From an uncultured Puniceicoccaceae bacterium (GTDB lineage: Bacteria; Verrucomicrobiota; Verrucomicrobiia; Opitutales; Coraliomargaritaceae), in assembly GCA_913031135.1 (NCBI GenBank), contig CAJWEH010000001.1, positions 1,482 through 65,481 on the forward strand: a DNA stretch of 64,000 bases. The letters are read 5' to 3'. The notes under the pieces are model-generated. The model was not told the DNA's origin, did not search any database, and worked only from the letters and a program-made list of their open reading frames with translations. Made by a program: the position numbers and the translations under genes. Shown piece after piece: positions 61,111 to 64,000 of this stretch; position 1 is the stretch's first letter, and the number at the start of each line of letters is the position of its first letter.

Positions 61111-61992
61111 TTACTCTATGGGGATCCCCGACAATTTTATTAGAGTCATGAACAAAAAGCTATTAGCATTAAATAAAGCATGAAAGAAAATCGCCTGTTT
61201 GATCGATCCACTTGATTCGTAAATGCGAACGAGGATGAAGCCAATTAAAGTCAGTGGTAAGAAGGCAGCTAAATTGCCATGAACGATAGCAAAACAAACA
61301 GCACTGATGATTTGAGCCAAGAGAATTGAAAATTTGCCTTTTAAAAAACGATAGAAACAGCCTCTAAATAAAATTTCTTCGACGATTGGAGCTAAGATGA
61401 TTGCAAATGAGGCAATCAATAAAACCTGTAATAAAGGAAGATCTTGACTGAGCAGTTCGATGATAGGCTGAACGGGAAATTCTTCGATCCAAGACAGCTC
61501 TCGGAGGATGGATAGTACAAAGCTCCATACAATAGAACAGAGCCAAATGAGTGGCAGGTATTGGATAAAGGTGAGAAAGCTCGATATGAAGTCGTTAAAC
61601 CAATGACTTTTTTGGGTGCTTAGTTGTAGTGCGTAATCGGAAGAATAAAATTTTTGGAAGGCATAGTAGACAATCAGAATGGGTAACTGAAGGGTCAAAA
61701 TTGAAATAATAGCAATGCTTGGATTTAACAGTACGCTATCGCCTTCAGGCACATCAGGAATCCATGCGGAGACGATGCTTTGGCAGGCAAAAACAGCGAC
61801 GAACATTGCAAAAATGAAGATACCCAAATCAACCCAAGTGATCTGCCAAGGCAGTAGTTTAGTTTGATCAGTACCAAAATATAGGCGTTTTCTTTGGGAC
61901 TGATTCAGCCACAAGAGCAAGCTTCCCAACGCAATCGCCAATGTCAGGAGGGTCATAGCCCAAATATAATTATTCAGGATGGGTTCATTCAT
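61111..61992 (-). CDS. CPBP/CAAX (Abi-family) intramembrane metalloprotease
   Basis: APIVEEILFRG, FAIVH, HALFN. Confidence 0.9.
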   Translation of the reverse strand: MNEPILNNYIWAMTLLTLAIALGSLLLWLNQSQRKRLYFGTDQTKLLPWQITWVDLGIFIFAMFVAVFACQSIVSAWIPDVPEGDSVLLNPSIAIISILTLQLPILIVYYAFQKFYSSDYALQLSTQKSHWFNDFISSFLTFIQYLPLIWLCSIVWSFVLSILRELSWIEEFPVQPIIELLSQDLPLLQVLLIASFAIILAPIVEEILFRGCFYRFLKGKFSILLAQIISAVCFAIVHGNLAAFLPLTLIGFILVRIYESSGSIKQAIFFHALFNANSFLFMTLIKLSGIPIE

Positions 61993-61994
61993 GG

Positions 61995-63278
61995 TTATCG
62001 CAAACGAAAGACTTCTTTGCCTTCAACAAAGGTCGCTTTGACCTGTCCCCTTAAGGTTCTTCCATTCCATGGACAATTTTTAGATTTACTTTTAAATTGT
62101 TCGGGATCCACCGTCCACTTTTGGTCGGGATCAAAAATACAAATGTCTGCAACCGCTCCTTCGCTTAAAGTGCCCGCAGGCAGATTGCATATGGCTGCGC
62201 CTTTATGCGTCATGAGGGCGATGACGTCACTGAGAGATAGTTCTTTTGAGTGATATAATGTTTCTAATGTACTGGCTAGGGCATTTTCCAAACCAATGAT
62301 GCCAAAAGGAGCTTGGTCGAATTCACGATCTTTTTCTGTTGGACTGTGGGGTGCGTGATCGGTCGCTATGCAGTCAATGGTTCCATCTTTGAGCCCCTCA
62401 AGTAGTGCCTTTCGGTCTTCGTCCGTTCTTAGCGGAGGGTTCATTTTAAATTCTGTTTTGTAACCTTCGATGCAGGCATCTGAAAATTCTAAATGGTGTG
62501 GGCTGGCTTCACCTGTTACTGGGATGCCTCTCGCTTTGGCTTCCCTCAGTAATGCTACGGAATGGTGGGAGCTTAAGTGTTGCATATGAATACGGGCACC
62601 CGTCAATTCAGATAGTATAATGTTTCGAGCGACTACGATGTCTTCGGCTGCTCGTGGCCAACCCTTAAGCCCTAATTTAACCGACCATTCGCCTTCATTC
62701 ATGACAGCCCCGGCGGTTAGGGTTGCGTCTTGGCAGTGATCCATAATCGGGAGATTGAAGAGGGTCGCATATTCCACGGCTCGTCGCATGATTTCATTAT
62801 TTTGCACGCATAAACCATCATCTGTGACGGCGACAATGCCTGCTTGTTTGAGTTGTCCAGTCGGTGCTAACTGTTCGCCTTTCATACCCATTGTCAGACA
62901 GCCTGTCGTGTACACGTGGACGACAGCATCTTTATCGATACTGTTATTGATACGCTCAAGCGTCCCTGCATTATCACAAACTGGACTCGTATTTGGCATA
63001 CAGACAACCGAGGTATAGCCACCGGCCGCTGCTGCACGAGAACCACTTGCAATATCTTCCTTATGCGTCTGTCCAGGTTCTCTAAAGTGAACATGGATAT
63101 CAACAAGACCTGGAGCAACGACCAGTCCCTTGGCATTAAATTTCGTTGCCTTTGATTGTTCCGCTTCGGTTAAATGATGAACAATACGACCGTCCTTAGC
63201 GAATAAGTCCGACTGTTCCTCTCGCTGATTAGCGGGATCAATAATTAATCCATTTGTAATCCATAAATACTGACTCAT
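61995..63278 (-). CDS. pyrC: Dihydroorotase (long type I)
   Basis: DIHVHFREPG, MPNT.P, KMNPPLR, IATDHAPH; metal ligands intact. Confidence 0.95.
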   Translation of the reverse strand: MSQYLWITNGLIIDPANQREEQSDLFAKDGRIVHHLTEAEQSKATKFNAKGLVVAPGLVDIHVHFREPGQTHKEDIASGSRAAAAGGYTSVVCMPNTSPVCDNAGTLERINNSIDKDAVVHVYTTGCLTMGMKGEQLAPTGQLKQAGIVAVTDDGLCVQNNEIMRRAVEYATLFNLPIMDHCQDATLTAGAVMNEGEWSVKLGLKGWPRAAEDIVVARNIILSELTGARIHMQHLSSHHSVALLREAKARGIPVTGEASPHHLEFSDACIEGYKTEFKMNPPLRTDEDRKALLEGLKDGTIDCIATDHAPHSPTEKDREFDQAPFGIIGLENALASTLETLYHSKELSLSDVIALMTHKGAAICNLPAGTLSEGAVADICIFDPDQKWTVDPEQFKSKSKNCPWNGRTLRGQVKATFVEGKEVFRLR

Positions 63279-63285
63279 TGATCAA

Positions 63286-64000
63286 TTAGTTTGTTGGTTC
63301 GGTTATGCTGATAGTTTGGTTTTTGTGGGCGGCGTAGCAAAGATGTAAGAGAGCCATTCGGACAAACACTCCGTTTTTGACTTGGTCAAGGATGACCGAA
63401 TGTTCGGAATCGGCTAGCTTAGAATCAATTTCAACACCTCGATTAATCGGACCAGGGTGCATGATGATGGCATTCGGTTTCAGCCAATGCGCTCTTCGTT
63501 CATTCAATCCAAAACTCGTTGTGTATTCGCCGATTGAAGGGAAGTGGGTCGAGGTTTGTCGTTCATGTTGAATCCTCAAAAGCATGATCGCATCGGCTTC
63601 TTCCAAAGCCTCCTTTAAATTGTGTGAGACTCGAACGCCCATTGACTCAAAGGCTTTAGGGACTAAAGTATTTGGACCCGCTAAGGTCACATCCGCACCT
63701 AGCTTTTTAAGACAATGTATATTTGAACGAGCCACTCGACTGAATAAAATATCCCCGAGGATCGTCACTTTCTTTTTCTTCAAGCTACCCAGTCGCTCCG
63801 TCAGCGTGAAACAATCGAGGAGTGCTTGAGTGGGGTGTGCATGGGAGCCATCCCCCGCATTGATAATCGGTATATCAACCGTATTCGAAAGATACTCAGC
63901 CGCACCCGAAGAAGCGTGTCGCATGATGATGATGTCTGCCCCTAAAGCGACAATATTGCGTGCGGTGTCCTTGAGTGACTCGCCTTTGCTCAAGCTACTC
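63286..64000 (-). CDS. pyrB: Aspartate carbamoyltransferase catalytic subunit (5' end beyond the window)
   Basis: SSLSKGES, INAGDG.H.HPTQALLD, SRVARS, RIQ.ER, MHPGP.NRG; frame open to the window edge. Confidence 0.96.
   Translation of the reverse strand, partial: SSLSKGESLKDTARNIVALGADIIIMRHASSGAAEYLSNTVDIPIINAGDGSHAHPTQALLDCFTLTERLGSLKKKKVTILGDILFSRVARSNIHCLKKLGADVTLAGPNTLVPKAFESMGVRVSHNLKEALEEADAIMLLRIQHERQTSTHFPSIGEYTTSFGLNERRAHWLKPNAIIMHPGPINRGVEIDSKLADSEHSVILDQVKNGVFVRMALLHLCYAAHKNQTISITEPTN

Noticed and set aside
61111..61992. 'Abi' CAAX protease as a phage-defence gene
   Set aside because: The family name is historical; it sits in a housekeeping pyrB-pyrC run with no defence context.
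61995..63278. Inactive PyrC' scaffold subunit
   Set aside because: HxH and DHAPH ligands are intact, so it is probably an active dihydroorotase.

Overview
Densely packed, AT-rich bacterial chromosome segment, most consistent with a marine Verrucomicrobiota (Opitutia/Puniceicoccales-like) genome. That assignment is inferred from the Verru_Chthon-like prepilin cassette, the archaeal/eukaryote-type ProRS, and indels in ACP and enolase. Most of the window is housekeeping: fabG-acpP-fabF, tlyA-nadK-cca-polA, rph, alaS, leuB, sucCD, an orphan EF-G, cimA, serS, proS, rpmI-rplT, eno, purU, carB, recN and pyrBC. Four regions stand out. (1) A five-gene prepilin/pseudopilin cassette at 14.6-18.0 kb with no assembly genes and no large tip protein. 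(2) An LPS/lipid A locus at 30.5-37.3 kb that looks scarred by a gene-replacement event: an MsbA-like gene stops just after its switch His, followed by an AT-rich O-antigen ligase and a 35-codon glycosyltransferase-like stub. (3) A tRNA-Leu(UAA) followed by accessory genes, including an HNH-nuclease relic and a HAD phosphatase homologue that lacks its catalytic Asp residues. (4) The best system candidate, a porin / FMN-binding / PepSY-TM / ApbE / serine-hydrolase operon with two Fur-box-like 19-bp operators and an internal terminator hairpin, suggesting an iron-regulated, flavinylation-based extracytosolic reduction/uptake module. Also notable are a very small RNase III-family ORF after polA and a GNRA-capped hairpin between rpmI and rplT. 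No CRISPR array, rRNA, integrase or transposase was seen. All calls come from motif recognition by eye; no database searches were run.
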